A stretch of DNA of 46,514 bases from Nemertoderma westbladi (taxonomy: Eukaryota; Animalia; Xenacoelomorpha). Of the stretch, positions 1 through 13,150 are shown piece by piece. A program made the position numbers and the translations under genes. The stretch spans positions 1 to 46,514 of the forward strand of contig JAUCBJ010004882.1 of the NCBI GenBank assembly GCA_032718475.1, in the 5' to 3' direction. Within the stretch, counting starts at the first letter, position 1. Each line of letters opens with the position of its first letter. The notes under the pieces are model-generated. The model was given only the letters and a program-made list of their open reading frames with translations. It ran no database searches and was not told the origin of the DNA.

Positions 1-1124
1 ATTAAATATATAATTTAATTTGTTATTCAATGTAATATTTCAGTAGGGCCTAAGTTTTTTAGTATGGTATGTAATTCATAATTTACTTCATAGTTTTGAT
101 CTTTCATTATTTCATTATTTGGATTATATTATTTTAGCTTAGTGAGTGGCAGCGGGTATAAACACAGGGCATGCATGGACTGGTAAATGTGCTTCAGCCA
201 ATGTTATGATTTCTAGGCCTGCCAACTGCACTGCGAAACCCACACTGTGGTCATGTAAGCTACTCGGTAACCGGGTAACAAAACACCACACAGTTAAAAT
301 GGATAGTGCAATTAATGCAGAGGTCTAGCCATCGGGGAGGTTGGAGAACCCGGACATCAAGGCCCCACAGGCCTCGACTGTCTCCTGGTCTGCTGTCTGT
401 CATCCCATCCACTGGAGAGGTCAGCTTGGGTTTATATTCTTCTATTGATGTATGACCAAACAGGTCTAACAGAGACACAGGGTATAGGCCTATGTATGGT
501 GCAGTCGGCATTCAGGAACATCGCGAAGCTGTAAACCTATGGGAGGGGAGAGGATATTTGTCCACAGTTCAGCGTGTGACAGAGATGCATTATGTGTTGC
601 TCTCATTCTCAATGCTACTGCGTATGCAGCCTTGGATAAGGTATGGTAGCTTTTCACCAATATAATAATTTTCTTGGAACTTCAATGCCTCTTTGCCTCT
701 CAGCTCAAGTACACCACGGAGTTGGAGTGCATGTGTGGGCATCCTAGCGGAAGCCCACGTATATAGGTTGAACAAATTAACTGTTGCTAAAGTTACAGTG
801 CATCAGCAGCACTGAATCGACTGTACTCTTGACATGATCAGGATGACCTTCAGTAGTAATGATGGATAATGATCAAGAATTTCCCGATGATTCTGATTTC
901 ATCGTGTAGCTCCCAAAGAGCCCAAAGACATCCTTCAAGGTAACATCATTTTCTGAAATAGAAACTGCTGCAACTTCTATTATTACAAATAAAGCCTTTG
1001 GTGTTCATGACGTACGTACTGGCCTGGGGTATGCAAGATTCATTAGTTCTTGCTCCTAATCATCACAAATGTCTCTCAACCAACTGTAGATATGGTGGAA
1101 ATACAACCAACAAGTGATACTATA

Positions 1125-4100
1125 AGGGGCACCGAGCGGCGATTGTTGGAGGTGTAGTAGGTTAGTTTAGGGGCACCGAGTGGCGATTGTTGGAGGTGTA
1201 GTAGGTTAGGGTCGGGGCACAGAGCGGTGATTGTTGGAGGTGTAGTAGGTTAGTGTCGGGGTACCGAGTGGCGATTGTTGGAGGTGTATTAGGTAGTGTA
1301 GGGGCACCGAGCGGCGATTGTTGGAGGTGTAGTAGGTTAGTGTAGGGGCACCGAGCGGCGAATGTTGGAGGTGTAGTAGGTAGTGTAGGGGCACCGAGTG
1401 GCGAATGTAGGAGGTGTAGTAGGTTAGTGTCGGGGCACCGAGTGGCGATTGTTGGAGGTGTAGTAGGTAGTGTAGGGGCACCGAGTGGCGAATGTTGGAG
1501 GTGTAGTAGGTTAGTGTCGGGGCACCGAGTGGCGATTGTTGGAGGTGTAGTAGGTAGTGTAGGGGCACCGAGTGGCGAATGTTGGAGGTGTAGTAGGTTA
1601 GTGTAGGGGCACCGAGCGGCGATTGTTGGAGGTGTAGTAGGTTAGTGTCGGGGTACCGAGTGGCGATTGTTGGAGGTGTAGTAGGTTAGTGTAGGGGCAC
1701 CGAGCGGCGATTTTTGGAGGTGTAGTAGGTTAGTGTCGGGCTACCGAGCGGCGATTGTTGGAGGTTTAGTAGGTAGTGTCGGGGTACCGATTGGCGAATG
1801 TTGGAGGTGTAGTAGGTTAGTGTCGGGGTACCGAGTGGCGATTGTTGGAGGTGTAGTAGGTAGTGTAGGGGCACCGATTGGTGATAGTTGGAGGTGTAGT
1901 AGGTTAGTGTCGGGGTACCGAGTGGCGATTGTTGGAGGTGTAGTAGGTTAGTGTCGGGGCACCGATCGGCGATTGTTGGAGGTGTAGTAGGTTAGTGTAG
2001 GGGCACCAAGTGGCGATTGTTGGAGGTGTAGTAGGTAGTGTCGGGGTACCGAGCGGCGATTGTTGGAGGTGTAGTAGGTTAGTGTCGGGGTACCGAGTGG
2101 CGATTGTTGGAGGTGTAGTAGGTTAGTGTAGGGGCACCGAGCGGCGATTGTTGGAGGTGTAGTAGGTTAGTGTCGGGGTACCGAGTGGCGATTGTTGGAG
2201 GTGTAGTAGGTTAGTGTCGGGGTGCCGAGTGGCGAATGTTGGATGTGTAGTAGGTTAGTGTCGGGGTACCGAGTGGCGATTGTTACCGAGCGGTGATTGT
2301 TGGAGGTGTAGTAGGTAGTGTAGGGGCACCGAGCTGCGATTGTTGGAGGTGTAGTAGGTAGTGTAGGGGCACCGAGCGGTGATTGTTGGAGGTGTAGTAG
2401 GTTAGTGTCGGGGTACCGAGTGGCGATTGTTACCGAGCGGTGATTGTTGGAGGTGTAGTAAGTAGTGTAGGGGTACCGAGTGGCGATTGTTGGAGGTGTA
2501 GTAGGTTAGTGTAGGGGCACCGAGCGGCGATTTTTGGAGGTGTAGTAGGTTAGTGTCGGGGTACCGAGTGGCGATTGTTGGAGGTGTAGTAGGTAGTGTA
2601 GGGGCACCGAGTGGCGAATGTTGGAGGTGTAGTAGGTTAGTGTCGGGGCACCGAGTGGCGATTGTTGGAGGTGTATTAGATAGTGTAGGGGCACCGAGTG
2701 GCGAATGTTGGAGGTGTAGTAGGTTAGTGTCGGGGTACCGAGTGGCGATTGTTACCGAGCGGTGATTGTTGGAGGTGTAGTAGGTAGTGTAGGGGTACCG
2801 AGTGGCGATTGTTGGAGGTGTAGTAGGTTAGTGTAGGGGCACCGAGCGGCGATTTTTGAAGGTGTAGTAGGTTAGTGTCGGGGTACCGAGTGGCGATTGT
2901 TGGAGGTGTAGTAGGTAGTGTAGGGGCACCGAGCGGCGATTGTTGGAGGTGTAGTAGGTAGTGTAGGGGCACCGAGTGGCGAATGTTGGAGGTGTAGTAG
3001 GTTAGTGTCGGGGCACCGAGTGGCGATTGTTGGAGGTGTAGTAGGTAATGTAGGGGCACCGAGTGGCGAATGTTGGAGGTGTAGTAGGTTAGTGTAGGGG
3101 CACCGAGCGGCGATTGTTGGAGGTGTAGTAGGTTAGTGTCGGGGTACCGAGTGGCGATTGTTGGAGGTGTAGTAGGTTAGTGTAGGGGCACCGAGCGGCG
3201 ATTTTTGGAGGTGTAGTAGGTTAGTGTCGGGGTACCGAGCGGCGATTGTTGGAGGTTTAGTAGGTAGTGTCGGGGTACCGAGCGGCGATTGGTGGAGGTG
3301 TAGTAGGTTAGTGTAGGGGCACCGAGTGGCGATTGTTGGAGGTGTAGTAGGTTAGTGTAGGGTCACCGAGCGGCGATTGTTGGAGGTGTAGTAGGTTAGT
3401 GTCGGGGTACCGAGCGGCGATTGTTGGAGGTGTAGTAGGTTAGTGTCAGGGCACCGAGCGGCGATTGTTGGAGGTGTAGTAGGTTAGTGTCGGGGTACCG
3501 AGTGGCGAATGTTGGAGGTGTAGTAGGTTAGTGTAGGGGCACCGAGCGGCGATTGTTGGAGGTGTAGTAGGTTAGTGTCGGGGTACCGAGTGGCGATTGT
3601 TGGAGGTGTAGTAGGTAGTGTCGGGGTACCGAGCGGCGATTGTTGGAGGTGTAGTAGGTTAGTGTCGGGGTACCGAGTGGCGATTGTTGGAGGTGTAGTA
3701 GGTTAGTGTAGGGGCACCGAGCGGCGATTGTTGGAGGTGTAGTAGGTTAGTGTCGGGGTACCGAGTGGCGATTGTTGGAGGTGTAGTAGGTTAGTGTCGG
3801 GGTGCCGAGTGGCGAATGTTGGATGTGTAGTAGGTTAGTGTCGGGGTACCGAGTGGCGATTGTTACCGAGCGGTGATTGTTGGAGGTGTAGTAGGTAGTG
3901 TAGGGGCACCGAGCTGCGATTGTTGGAGGTGTAGTAGGTAGTGTAGGGGCACCGAGCGGTGATTGTTGGAGGTGTAGTAGGTTAGTGTCGGGGTACCGAG
4001 TGGCGATTGTTACCGAGCGGTGATTGTTGGAGGTGTAGTAGGTAGTGTAGGGGTACCGAGTGGCGATTGTTGGAGGTGTAGTAGGTTAGTGTAGGGGCAC

Positions 4101-6310
4101 CGAGCGGCGATTTTTGGAGGTGTAGTAGGTTAGTGTCGGGGTACCGAGTGGCGATTGTTGGAGGTGTAGTAGGTAGTGTAGGGGCACCGAGTGGCGAATG
4201 TTGGAGGTGTAGTAGGTTAGTGTCGGGGCACCGAGTGGCGATTGTTGGAGGTGTATTAGGTAGTGTAGGGGCACCGAGTGGCGAATGTTGGAGGTGTAGT
4301 AGGTTAGTGTCGGGGTACCGAGTGGCGATTGTTACCGAGCGGTGATTGTTGGAGGTGTAGTAGGTAGTGTAGGGGTACCGAGTGGCGATTGTTACCGAGC
4401 GGTGATTGTTGGAGGTGTAGTAGGTAGTGTAGGGGTACCGAGTGGCGATTGTTGGAGGTGTAGTAGGTTAGTGTAGGGGCACCGAGCGGCGATTTTTGGA
4501 GGTGTAGTAGGTTAGTGTCGGGGTACCGAGTGGCGATTGTTGGAGGTGTAGTAGGTAGTGTAGGGGCACCGAGCGGCGATTGTTGGAGGTGTAGTAGGTA
4601 GTGTAGGGGCACCGAGTGGCGAATGTTGGAGGTGTAGTAGGTTAGTGTCGGGGCACCGAGTGGCGATTGTTGGAGGTGTAGTAGGTAGTGTAGGGGCACC
4701 GAGTGGCGAATGTTGGAGGTGTAGTAGGTTAGTGTAGGGGCACCGAGCGGCGATTGTTGGAGGTGTAGTAGGTTAGTGTCGGGGTACCGAGTGGCGATTG
4801 TTGGAGGTGTAGTAGGTTAGTGTAGGGGCACCGAGCGGCGATTTTTGGAGGTGTAGTAGGTTAGTGTCGGGGTACCGAGCGGCGATTGTTGGAGGTTTAG
4901 TAGGTAGTGTCGGGGTACCGAGCGGCGATTGTTGGAGGTGTAGTAGGTTAGTGTAGGGGCACCGAGTGGCGATTGTTGGAGGTGTAGTAGGTTAGTGTAG
5001 GGTCACCGAGCGGCGATTGTTGGAGGTGTAGTAGGTTAGTGTCGGGGTACCGAGCGGCGATTGTTGGAGGTGTAGTAGGTTAGTGTCAGGGCACCGAGCG
5101 GCGATTGTTGGAGGTGTAGTAGGTTAGTGTCGGGGTACCGAGTGGCGAATGTTGGAGGTGTAGTAGGTTAGTGTAGGGGCACCGAGCGGCGATTGTTGGA
5201 GGTGTAGTAGGTTAGTGTCGGGGTACCGAGTGGCGATTGTTGGAGGTGTAGTAGGTTAGTGTCGGGGTACCGAGTGGCGATTGTTACCGAGCGGTGATTG
5301 TTGGAGGTGTAGTGGGTTAGTGTCAGGGCACCAAGTGGCGATTGTTGGAGGTTTAGTAGGTTAGTTTAGGGGCACCAAGTCGCGAATGTTGGAGGTGTAG
5401 TAGGTAGTGTCGGGGTACCGAGTGGCGATTGTTGGAGGTGTAGTAGGTTAGTGTCGGGGTACCGAGTGGCGATTGTTACCGAGCGGTGATTGTTGGAGGT
5501 GTAGTGGGTTAGTGTCAGGGCACCAAGTGGCGATTGTTGGAGGTTTAGTAGGTTAGTTTAGGGGCACCAAGTCGCGAATGTTGGAGGTGTAGTAGGTAGT
5601 GTCGGGGTACCGAGTGGCGATTGTTGGAGGTGTACTGTAGTAGGTTAGTGTCGCGGTGCCGAGTGGCGATTGTTACCGAGCGGTGATTGTTGGAGGTGTA
5701 GTGGGTTAGTGTCAGGGCACCAAGCGGCGATTGTTGGAGGTTTAGTAGGTTAGTTTAGGGGCACCAAGTCGCGAATGTTGGAGGTGTAGTAGGTTAGTGT
5801 CGGGGTGCCGAGTGGCGAATGTTGGGGGTGTAGTAGGTTAGTGTCGGGGTACCGAGTGGCGATTGTTACCGAGCGGTGATTGTTGGAGGTGTAGTAGGTA
5901 GTGTAGGAGTACCGAGTGGCGATTGTTGGAGGTGTAGTAGGTTAGTGTCGGGGTACCGAGTGGCGATTGTTACCGAGTGGTGATTGTTGGAGGTGTAGTA
6001 GGTTAGTGTCGGGGTACCGAGTGGCGATTGTTACCGAGCGGTGATTGTTGGAGGGGTAGTGGGTTAGTGTCGAGGTACCAAGCGGCGATTGTTGGAGGTG
6101 TAGTAGGTAGTGTCGGGGTATCGAGCGGCGATTGTTGGAGGTGTAGTAGGTTAGTGTCGGGGTACCGAGTGGCGATTGTTACCGAGCGGTGATTGTTGGA
6201 GGGGTAGTGGGTTAGTGTCGAGGTACCAAGCGGCGATTGTTGGAGGTGTAGTAGGTAGTGTCGGGGTATCGAGCGGCGATTGTTGGAGGTGTAGTAGGTA
6301 GTGTAGGGGC
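1125..6310. repeat. Satellite 1, left arm (43/44-bp unit)
   Basis: Tandem unit GTGT(C/A)GGGG(T/C)ACCGAG(T/C)GGCGATTGTTGGAGGTGTAGTAGGT(T)A read directly; contains a ~1.6-kb higher-order duplication. Confidence 0.98.
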
Positions 6311-8357
6311 TACTACTAGGATCGGCATGCTGCATTGCAGCTGCATTTTTTAGGAATGCTGTGCCGGCTTGTCAACAAAATTTCACCGCCACAACTCCCT
6401 ATCACCCATGACATTTGCTAGATCATCCGCATCTTTAAGGCCAGTGTCCTTTAAGATGCGTCTCAAGAAAGTCATGGGCTGTCCACCATGCTTATTCACT
6501 CCATGAGGCTGCCAAAGTACAAGATTATGCACTGGCTGGTCCTCACGGCGAAAGCAATGTCCTGCAAAGCGGAGGCGATTTTGTTCTAGTGTCAAGCTTG
6601 GGGGAACCAATGAGACACCTCCAATGTTATATAGTGTCTGGTTGGAGATGTGTGCATTGTACTTGACACAATGAACCCGGCGTAGCATTCTTGTGAATGT
6701 GCCATCCAGAGATTTGGTGTCCTCAGCAGTTAGAGCCCAGCATGGACTCCCGTAGAGGAGTACTGGAACTACTGCTGCTCTAAATAATCGGACCTTAAGT
6801 TTCCGATTAATTCTTGGTGACTTCCAAATCCTGGAAAGCCTATTCAAGGCTGCCCATGCCTTTCCCTTAGTATTCGAAGGTCCTCACCTGACTTCCGGAT
6901 CCATGATCCCAGGTAACAGAAGTCGTCCACATGCTCAAGCATACCATCCTTTGAGCTTATGCTCATCCGATCCCAGACTTGCTGAGGACTTTCAAAGTTA
7001 ACTGTCAGAATTTTGGTCTTTCTGGAGTTAATAAAAAGACCAACACTAGAAGCAGCATGTTCTAATGAGCTGAGGAGCCGTTGGGCTCCCTCTAATGATT
7101 CTGAGAGTACTCCTAAGTCATCAGCAAAGTCTAGATCAGTTAGGTACTTGGCAGGATTTCCTCGACTTCTGGAGCCAGTAGGTGGAGTTATCATCACCCC
7201 ATCATCATTATGATGATCTAAGGACATGCGTAGAACATAGTCAACCACAATAATGAACAAGAATGGTGCAAGTGTGTCTCCTTGGAGGACGCCCCATAAC
7301 ACTTCAAATGGTTCTGTGTCACCGTCAACAGTAGACACAAATGTTGTCGAACCATCGTATACTGATCGGATTGCTGCAATAATTTCATCAGGAATCCCAT
7401 ATAATGAAAGTATGCTGAACATACGTGAGCGAGAGACTGAATCAAAGGCCTTGAAGAAGTCAACAAAGATAACAGCCAGATGCCTGTCTTTCTTTTTTGA
7501 TAATTCTTCAATTATCCTTCTATGTGCCAAAATGGGCTCCATGGTCCCACGACCTTTACGGAACCCATTCTGATTTCCACGGAGCAGTCTCTCAATGGGA
7601 TCCCTGATGCGATTTAATAGAATCCTATTGTATAGCTTTGCAGCAATCGAGATCAATGAGATTCCCCGAAAAGAACCATAGAGTGTTAGGTTGCCCTTCT
7701 TGGGAACTGGCACCAACTTATTTGTTTTCATTTCTTGTGGGACTCTTGTTGTTCGGTACATGTCTACTATGATGGGATAGATGAGCTTTAAACACTCAGG
7801 TATTTTAAAGACCTCAGGGGGAACACCATCTACTCCACTGGCACGATTGGTCTTAATGCTCTTTGCAGCAGCCTTCACTTCTGCAAAGGAGATATCGCCA
7901 ATGGGAATATCTGGGAGTACAGACTCAGACACTTTTACTTCTATAAAGTTATCTGGCAATACCCTGTCATTATTGAGGAGCTTTTCAAAGTGGGCTTTCC
8001 AACCTTTGAGGCGATCGGCTGGTGATTCAGCCTTAACCTTGGTGGTTGGTTGGCTTTTCCGCCCAGTAAGCAGATTGATCGATTTCCATGTCTGGGATGA
8101 TTGCCTGCTGTCGTCAGCATCATTGATGGCATCAACCTGTTGGTTTATTAGCTCCTGTAGATTAACAGAGTACTGTCTGTTCAGGGACCTAGATGCAGCC
8201 TTAACTGCATTCTTGGCCGCAAAAGTCTGTTTGAGTCGGGACTCTTTCTGCGCCTTATGAAGGTCGTTTCGGCACTTTTGAATTTTGTTGTCAGTCCAGG
8301 GGGCCCTTTTCCTGTTTCGAGGGTATACAGGAACTGTTTCTGCAGCTGCTAACTTAA
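6311..8357 (-). mobile_element. 5'-truncated RTE-type non-LTR retrotransposon (copy 1), RT pseudogene, inserted in satellite 1
   Basis: The frame is open from ~8355 through the RT motifs (PVPKKGNL, FRGISL, QNGFRKGR, FVDFFKAFDSV, GVLQGDTLAPFLF, LDFADD, FCYLGS). There is a 1-bp deletion at 6869/6870 relative to copy 2 and a late premature stop at 6383. The 3' UTR is short and ends in a TAGTAGTA tail. No endonuclease domain is present. Confidence 0.93.
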
Positions 8358-11300
8358 GTTGGAGTTGTAGTAGGTTAGTGTAGGGGCACCGAGCGGCGAT
8401 TGTTGGAGGTGTAGTAGGTTAGTGTCGGGGTACCGAGTGGCGATTGTTGGAGGTGTAGTAGGTTAGTGTCGGGGCACCGAGCGACGATTGTTGGAGGTGT
8501 AGTAGGTAGTGTGGGGGCACCAAGTCGCGATTGTTGGAGGTGTAGTTGGTTGGTGTCGAGGTACCAAGCGGCGATTGTTGGAGGTGTAGTAGGTAGTGTC
8601 GGGGTACCGAGCGGCGATTGTTGGAGGTGTAGTAGGTAGTGTAGGGGCACCGAGCGACGATTGTTGGAGGTGTAGTAGGTAGTGTAGGGGCACCGAGCGA
8701 CGATTGTTGGAGGTGTAGTAGGTAGTGTAGGGGAACCAAGTCGCGATTGTTGGAGGTGTAGTTGGTTAGTGTCGAGGTACAAAGCGGCTATTGTTGGAGG
8801 TGTAGTAGGTAGTGTCGGGGTACCGAGCGACGATTGTTGGAGGTGTAGTAGGTAGTGTAGGGGCACCGAGCGGCGATTGTTGGAGGTGTAGTAGGTTAGT
8901 GTCGGGGTACCGAGTGGCGATTGTTGGAGGTGTAGTAGGTTAGTGTCGGGGCACCGAGCGACGATTGTTGGAGGTGTAGTAGGTAGTGTCGGGGTACCGA
9001 GCGACGATTGTTGGAGGTGTAGTAGGTAGTGTAGGGGCACCAAGTCGCGATTGTTGGAGGTGTAGTTGGTTAGTGTCGAGGTACCAAGCGGCGATTGTTG
9101 GAGGTGTAGTAGGTTAGTGTCGGGGTACCGAGCGACGATTGTTGGAGGTGTAGTAGGTAGTGTAGGGGCACCGAGCGACGATTGTTGGAGGTGTAGTAGT
9201 TTAGTGTCGGGGTACCGAGCGGCGATTGTTGGAGGTGTAGTAGGTTAGTGTCGGGGCACCGAGCGGCGATTGTTGGAGGTGTATTAGGTAGTGTAGGGGC
9301 ACCGAGCGGCGAATGTTGGAGGTGTAGTAGGTTAGTGTCGGGGTACCGAGCGACGATTGTTGGAGGTGTAGTAGGTAGTGTAGGGGCACCGAGCGGCGAA
9401 TGTTGGAGGTGTAGTAGGTTAGTGTCGGGGCACCGAGCGACGATTGTTGGAGGTGTAGTAGGTAGTGTAGGGGCACCGAGCGGCGAATGTTGGAGGTGTA
9501 GTAGGTTAGTGTCGGGGTACCGAGTGGCGATTGTTGGAGGTGTAGTAGGTTAGTGTCGGGGTACCGAGTGGCGATTGTTGGAGGTGTAGTAGGTTAGTGT
9601 CGGGGCACCGAGCGACGATTGTTGGAGGTGTAGTAGGTAGTGTAGGGGCACCAAGTCGCGATTGTTGGAGGTGTAGTTGGTTAGTGTCGAGGTACCAAGC
9701 GGCGATTGTTGGAGGTGTAGTAGGTAGTGTCGGGGTACCGAGCGACGATTGTTGGAGGTGTAGTAGGTAGTGTAGGGGCACCGAGCGACGATTGTTGGAG
9801 GTGTAGTAGGTTAGTGTCGGGGTACCGAGCGGCGATTGTTCGAGGTGTAGTAGGTTAGTGTCGGGGCACCGAGCGGCGATTATTGGAGGTGTAGTAGGTA
9901 GTGTAGGGGCACCGAGCGGCGAATGTTGGAGGTGTAGTAGGTTAGTGTCGGGGCACCGATCGGCGATTGTTGGAGGTGTAGTAGGTAGTGTAGGGGCACC
10001 GAGCGGCGATTGTTGGAGGTGTAGTAGGTTAGTGTCGGGGTACCGAGTGGCGATTGTTGGAGGTGTAGTAGGTTAGTGTCGGGGCACCGAGCGACGATTG
10101 TTGGAGGTGTAGTAGGTAGTGTAGGGGCACCAAGTCGCGATTGTTGGAGGTGTAGTTGGTTAGTGTCGAGGTACCAAGCGGCGATTGTTGGAGGTGTAGT
10201 AGATAGTGTCGGGGTACCGAGCGGCGATTGTTGGAGGTGTAGTAGGTAGTGTAGGGGCACCGAGCGACGATTGTTGGAGGTGTAGTAGGTAGTGTAGGGG
10301 CACCGAGCGACGATTGTTGGAGGTGTAGTAGGTAGTGTAGGGGCACCGAGCGGCGATTGTTGGAGGTGTAGTAGGTTAGTGTCGGGGTACCGAGCAGCGA
10401 TTGTTGGAGGTGTAGTAGGTAGTGTAGGGGCACCGAGCGGCGATTGTTGGAGGTGTAGTAGGTTAGTGTCGGGGTACCGAGTGGCGATTGTTGGAGGTGT
10501 AGTAGGTTAGTGTCGGGGTACCGAGTGGCGATTGTTGGAGGTGTAGTAGGTTAGTGTCGGGGTACCGAGTGGCGATTGTTGGAGGTGTAGTAGGTTAGTG
10601 TCGGGGCACCGAGCGACGATTGTTGGAGGTGTAGTAGGTAGTGTAGGGGCACCACGTCGCGATTGTTGGAGGTGTAGTAGGTTAGTGTCGGGGTACCGAG
10701 CGACGATTGTTGGAGGTGTAGTAGGTAGTGTAGGGGCACCGAGCGGCGATTGTTGGAAGTGTAGTAGTTTAGTGTCGGGGTACCGAGCGGCGATTGTTGG
10801 AGGTGTAGTAGGTTAGTGTCGGGGCACCGAGCGGCGATTGTTGGAGGTGTATTAGGTAGTGTAGGGGCACCGAGCGGCGAATGTTGGAGGTGTAGTAGGT
10901 TAGTGTCGGGGTACCGAGCGACGATTGTTGGAGGTGTATTAGGTAGTGTATTGGCACCGAGCGGCGAATGTTGGAGGTGTAGTAGTTTAGTGTCGGGGTA
11001 CCGAGCGGCGATTGTTGGAGGTGTAGTAGGTTAGTGTCGGGGCACCGAGCGGCGATTGTTGGAGGTGTATTAGGTAGTGTAGGGGCACCGAGCGGCGATT
11101 GTTGGAGGTGTAGTAGGTTAGTGTCGGGGCACCGAGCGACGATTGTTGGAGGTGTAGTAGGTAGTGTAGGGGCACCGAGCGGCGAATGTTGGAGTGGTAG
11201 TAGGTTAGTGTCGGGGTACCGAGTGGCGATTGTTGGAGGTGTAGTAGGTTAGTGTCGGGGTACCGAGTGGCGATTGTTGGAGGTGTAGTAGGTTAGTGTC

Positions 11301-13150
11301 GGGGCACCGAGCGACGATTGTTGGAGGTGTAGTAGGTAGTGTAGGGGCACCAAGTCGCGATTGTTGGAGGTGTAGTTGGTTAGTGTCGAGGTACCAAGCG
11401 GCGATTGTTGGAGGTGTAGTAGGTAGTGTCGGGGTACCGAGCGACGATTGTTGGAGGTGTAGTAGGTAGTGTAGGGGCACCGAGCGACGATTGTTGGAGG
11501 TGTAGTAGGTTAGTGTCGGGGTACCGAGCGGCGATTGTTCGAGGTTTAGTAGGTTAGTGTCGAGGTACCAAGCGGCGATTGTTGGAGGTGTAGTAGGTAG
11601 TGTCGGGGTACCGAGCGACGATTGTTGGAGGTGTAGTAGGTAGTGTAGGGGTACCGAGCGGCGAATGTTGGAGGTGTAGTAGGTTAGTGTCGGGGCACCG
11701 AGTGACGATTGTTGGAGGTGTAGTAGGTAGTGTCGGGGTACCGAGTGGCGATTGTTGGAGGTGTAGTAGGATAGTGTCGAGGTACCAAGCGGCGATTGTT
11801 GGAGGTGTAGTAGGTAGTGTCGGGGTACCGAGCGGCGAATGTTGGAGGTGTAGTAGGTTAGTTTAGGGGCACCGAGCGGCAATTATTGGAGGTGTAGTAG
11901 GTTAGTGTCGGGGCACCGAGTGGCGATTGTTGGAGGTGTAGTAGGTTAGTGTCGGGGCACCGAGCGGCGAATGTTGGAGGTGTAGTAGGTTAGTGTCGGG
12001 GCACCGATCGGCGATTGTTGGAGGTGTAGTAGGTTAGTGTCGAGGTACCAAGCGGTGATTGTTGGAGGTGTAGTAGGTAGTGTCGGGGTACCGAGCGACG
12101 ATTGTTGGAGATGTAGTAGGTAGTGTAGGGGTACCGAGCGACGATTGTTGGAGGTGTAGTAGGTAGTGTCGGGGTACCGAGCGGCGAATGTTGGCGGTGT
12201 AGTAGGTTAGTGTCGGGGTACCGAGCGACGATTGTTGGAGGTGTAGTAGGTAGTGTAGGGGCACCGAGCGGCGAATGTTGGAGGTGTAGTAGGTTAGTGT
12301 CGGGGCACCGATCGGCGATTGTTGGAGGTGTAGTAGGTTAGTGTCGGGGTACCGAGCGGCGATTATTGGAGGTGTAGTAGGTAGTGTAGGGGCACCGAGC
12401 GGCGAATGTTGGAGGTGTAGTAGGTTAGTGTCGGGGCACCGATCGGCGATTGTTGGAGGTGTAGTAGGTTAGTGTCGAGGTACCAAGCGGCGATTGTTGG
12501 AGGTGTAGTAGGTAGTGTCGGGGTACCGAGCGACGATTGTTGGAGGTGTAGTAGGTAGTGTAGGGGTACCGAGCGGCGAATGTTGGAGGTGTAGTAGGTT
12601 AGTGTCGGGGCACCGAGTGACGATTGTTGGAGGTGTAGTAGGTAGTGTCGGGGTACCGAGTGGCGATTGTTGGAGGTGTAGTAGGATAGTGTCGAGGTAC
12701 CAAGCGGCGATTGTTGGAGGTGTAGTAGGTAGTGTCGGGGTACCGAGCGGCGAATGTTGGAGGTGTAGTAGGTTAGTTTAGGGGCACCGAGCGGCGATTA
12801 TTGGAGGTGTAGTAGGTTAGTGTCGGAGTACCGAGTGACGATTGTTGGAGGTGTAGTAGGTAGTGTCGGGGTACCGAGTGGCGATTGTTGGAGGTGTAGT
12901 AGGATAGTGTCGAGGTACCAAGCGGCGATTGTTGGAGGTGTAGTAGGTAGTGTCGGGGTACCGAGCGACGATTGTTGGAGGTGTAGTAGGTAGTGTAGGG
13001 GTACCGAGCGACGATTGTTGGAGGTGTAGTAGGTAGTGTAGGGGCACCGAGCGGCGAATGTTGGAGGTGTAGTAGGTTAGTGTCGGGGTACCGAGTGGCG
13101 ATTGTTGGAGGTGTAGTAGGTTAGTGTCGGGGTACCGAGTGGCGATTGTT
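8358..13150. repeat. Satellite 1, right arm (43/44-bp unit)
   Basis: The same unit resumes immediately after the RTE; 218-bp (5-mer) and 915-bp higher-order periodicities are visible. Confidence 0.98.

Noticed and set aside
140-1110. Short ORFs with coding-like composition at the window start
   Set aside because: No recognisable motif and the frames are broken; this may be a decayed gene or TE but cannot be supported without a search.
7013-8260. Plus-strand ORFs opposite the RT (and similar antisense ORFs over KIF19, ODR4 and the MFS gene)
   Set aside because: Antisense shadows of real coding frames with no independent support.
1125-13150. CRISPR-like array or retron/DGR-type RT system
   Set aside because: The repeats are head-to-tail without unique spacers, there are no cas genes, and the RT is a eukaryotic non-LTR type with dispersed truncated copies.
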